A stretch of 64,000 nt of DNA, taken from positions 2,108,001 to 2,172,000 of the forward strand of contig NW_025767590.1 in the NCBI RefSeq assembly GCF_003918875.1, written 5' to 3'. Below, piece by piece: positions 60,463-64,000 of the stretch (position 1 is its first letter; each line of letters begins with the position of its first letter). The notes beneath the pieces are model-generated. The model made no database searches. It was not told the origin of the DNA and saw only the letters and a program-made list of their open reading frames with translations. This DNA comes from Haliotis rubra. Lineage: Eukaryota. The translations under genes were made by a program, and so were the position numbers.

Positions 60463-61811
60463 ATAGTGTAGCTAATACTCAGTAACTAACTAGGTGCAAA
60501 CCCATGTACTTGTTGTTGCCCTTCCTTGCGTTAAACATTAAGGGATTAGAGTGAGTGAGTGTAGTTTTACGCCACACTCAGCAATATACCAGCTATATGG
60601 CGGTGGTCTGTAAATAATTTAGTCTGGACCAGACAATCCAGTGATTAACTTAAGAGATTAGATGAAGGACATGTCAGGTAGAGTCAATATTCTGTGGCAG
60701 AGTGTTCATTTTAGATTAGATGAAGGACATGTCAGGTAGAGTCAATATTCTGTGGCAGAGTGGAGTTTCCACGTTAACACTGAAGCATGGGGTCTCCGTG
60801 GATACACTCTTTAAGACCGCCATTAGTCCTGACTAGTACAGACACGCTCACAAACACACAGATATATATGTGCGATAATGATGGACATGATGTCAAACCC
60901 CTCATAGCCTGATGTAAGAGTAGTAATGGTGGAGTTACTTCCCTTGCTTTCCTTATCAACAACCTCAATATTGCATCAACAGTCTAAGGGACATAATCAT
61001 GGTTGCTACCTTTCTCCTCATATGAGACATGACGCATTTGAAGCAGATGGTGAAAAGGTGATGAATCAGTAGTGAAAAAGGGATGAGGTGTTGTGTTGAG
61101 AAAAGGGAAGATATGGAGTGTATATAATGTGTATAAAACAGCCAGGGAAAGGTTGGAGGAAAGTAGTTATGGGGAATTGTGGAGATGGTTGGTAGATCGA
61201 TAGACTCTGGGTTCGGTAGTGAGTTGAGTGAAAGGAGTACAGGTCTGTGCTCGGTAGAAACAATGGTGTGGTGTTTGGTATAGAGAGACAACAGAGGGTT
61301 CAGGTTTTTGATCGAAAGAAAAAATGTTTAAGATGCTTGGTGGAGAGCAGAAGGGTGAGACAACAGAGGGTTCAGGTTTTTGATCGAAAGAAAAAATGTT
61401 TAAGATGCTTGGTGGAGAGAAAACGGTGGGAGTGAGGTGATGTCTTGATAGAGAGGAAGGAGTGTGGTGTTTGGTATAGAGCAGAAGGGTGAGGTGGCAA
61501 GAGAAACAAGTAGGGTAACGTTTTTTATAAAAAGAGGTTGGATGATGATTTGGGTAGAGAGACTGGTTGGGATGATGTGTTTAGAAGAGAAAAGGAAACT
61601 GGTCAGATAATGCCAAAATATGTCAGAGAACTAATTTTAGATATTTTCAGAAAGATTTTTTATGATGTCTGAATATGAGCAAGTCTTTGACTCATTTTCT
61701 CCATAGAGATGCCGAATAAGACGATGCAAAAATATGGTAACATTCATCTTGCATCTTGAACTTCTCATAGTTCAATATCTCTGGATTAAGGGTAAATTGA
61801 TGTTTTACAAG

Positions 61812-62353
61812 TAGGGCTGCGCAATATAACCGGTTTACTGGTATTTACCTGTTCAGGCATGAAAATGATACGTATTGCGATACGCTGATCGATAACTGGT
61901 ATTTTGACATGCATTTGGTAAACTGCGTAACACTCGGAAATCTTGCGTTTGTTGTAAAATTGGCGACCCCTATCAATTAATGACCAGTGATATCTGATAT
62001 GTCCTGACCAGGTCAAGCTGCTGTCTAAAATCTCTGGGCTATGTTTGAGAGTGGAGAAACTACTTCCAATTAGTCACCACTGTGTTGATGTTAAATTGTT
62101 CTTTTCCTTGGTTCATTTGTGCTAAATATGATTTACATGTTTATTTTGTCATGATTAAAAGTTTTTATTAAAGCTTAATCAATCATAGTGATTTTGTTGT
62201 GTTTTTGCTTTATAAATCAAGCATTAACTCGATTATAAGTAGGCTTTTTTTGTTAAAAAACTCTCTTGCAATATATTGCAATACATCCCGCAATATATGC
62301 TTTCACATCACAATATATCTCAGTATGAAAATTCTCTTCAATACCCACCCCTA
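61812..62353. mobile_element. hAT-like non-autonomous element (542 bp)
   Basis: TAGGG...CCCTA termini with perfect 8-bp TSD tttacaag. Confidence 0.75.
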
Positions 62354-62900
62354 TTTACAAGTAGTTTATAAGTGCTTTTCTGACATACTTGATCATACCA
62401 AAAGAACAGAAAGGGCAGTTGTCAACCACATAAACATGTCTGGACATTTTCATACCACTTTTTCAAAGTTTTCATAACTTCAAATTTGGAATTTTCCAGA
62501 AGGATTGAAATGATCCTGATCCTACTCAGTGCAGAGACTATCAGCAGAGACATCAGGTCCTCTTGATCATTACTATTATTATGTTTTATGCTATAGAGTA
62601 AAATGAGTCAGCTGTAGAGATGACATCATGTTCATTTTTAACCATGAGCAATATGATACTTGGAAGCTAAGAGAGTCTTCACTCCTAACATATCAGTGTA
62701 TGTTTTCATGTGCAAAGTCATCACACCTCGCATGAACCTCCTTTTTATTTCACAGCTACATAATTCATAAGTTTACTAAAGGGATTTCAATGTAGAAAAC
62801 TGATATGTTCCATATCTATATTTCCAACAAACACTTATCAGAGGGGTACACAAAGTCCGCAGTCTGGACTACCAGTTGTCCGACTTCCATTTTTGTGGAA

Positions 62901-63057
62901 GCCGCGGTGGCTGAGCGGTCTAGGCGTCTGACTTTGTGTGCTGGCGATTAGGTGACTGACTCTGAGGGTGTGGGTTCGAATCCTGGATGGGTCTCAATCC
63001 AACAAGAGTACTAGAATCTGTACTTTACTGAGAAAGTGTAATCCCAAAGATAACATA
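62901..63057 (+). mobile_element. tRNA(Leu/Ser-like)-derived SINE family D or tRNA pseudogene
   Basis: A box TGGCTGAGCGGTCTAGGCG and B box GGTTCGAATCC, but a non-pairing acceptor stem and an extended tail. Confidence 0.6.
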
Positions 63058-64000
63058 TGTTAAACACTTCTTGTATAAAATATATGTATTTTAACTGGGC
63101 TCCACCAAGTTGTTCAGAGATTTAACTAGCACAATACATGCAGTATTTGAGTACATACAGCTTTAAAACAAACATGTAGAGGACATACAACATATTTTAA
63201 AGAAAATGAATCCAAGGTGTTCACATGAGAGAATTTAAGATACTTCCAATAATTTCTATTTTGAGTCCAAAGCAGTCACAAAGAAAATGCAAATATGCAT
63301 TACTTTAATTCATTTTTGTCTTTCTGTAAGAAATATAGCTTTGTTCACTGTTATTTCACGTTCAGCTCCTGCAGTTAATTTAAATTCCCGAGAAATGTAA
63401 TTTCTTCAGCTTTCTGAATAGTGTGTTAACATTTGCTGCATTCATGTAGGTCATGTTTTCCCTCATAAATATTAGTTCTTGACATAACCTCTTACATACA
63501 TTATACAGATTCTGTTCTGGGGTAAATCAACAGCATTCGTGTTCCTCGTGATTGGTTGAAACTAGATATACTTGTGAGGTCACTCTGTGACCCTTACATT
63601 ACAATAAAGCCAGGAGGGTCTTTACCAGGGGGTGCTGGATCAACTTTTAGTGATTGAAAGTATATAAATTATATATTTATAAACATTTTATTATGTGGTA
63701 TTTTCAACAACATTACAATGTTACCATGACAGATATTAATTAATCATTGTCTTTATATAACTGAAGTCTTAGGTGAAAGTACTAAAATAAATTACTGTTC
63801 CTTAAATGTTCTTGCAAAGGACAAATTATATGGGCAATATTTGGGGTTTTTAAAAAACAAATTGTTATATGTCTGAAAGGTTGCTTCTTCAACTGTAATT
63901 TTCAGTCCATAGTGTATGAAAAGTGTGCTTAGTTTGCGGAAAACATTTAATTAAAAATGTAGACCCAATAATACAATAGCTTAATCATTCCAAGAAAAAC

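Overview
AT-rich, repeat-dense eukaryotic DNA. The SINE types and spliced genes suggest a marine invertebrate, probably a mollusc (inference). Supported genes are a two-exon Ubc12/UBE2M-like E2 enzyme (-), whose acidic C-terminal tail is split by a frameshift inside a 50-bp hairpin-bounded segment; a tRNA-Thr(TGT) (-); an intron-rich FANCF-like gene (-, six coding exons reconstructed by hand); and two divergent paralogous single-Ig type I membrane protein genes (+), each with one coding exon. The first 5.6 kb is a tandem array whose units look like duplicated phase-1 exon+intron cassettes on the - strand, encoding K/R/T/P-rich peptides. The remainder is satellites (31, ~49, 20, 36 bp), at least four SINE families, hAT-like MITEs, two 35-bp micro-transposons with 7-bp TSDs, Penelope-like remnants (one with a minimal hammerhead core) and a Rex-Babar-like LINE 3' fragment. 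Most long ORFs in the supplied track are repeat artefacts. Small indels in repetitive parts may be assembly errors.
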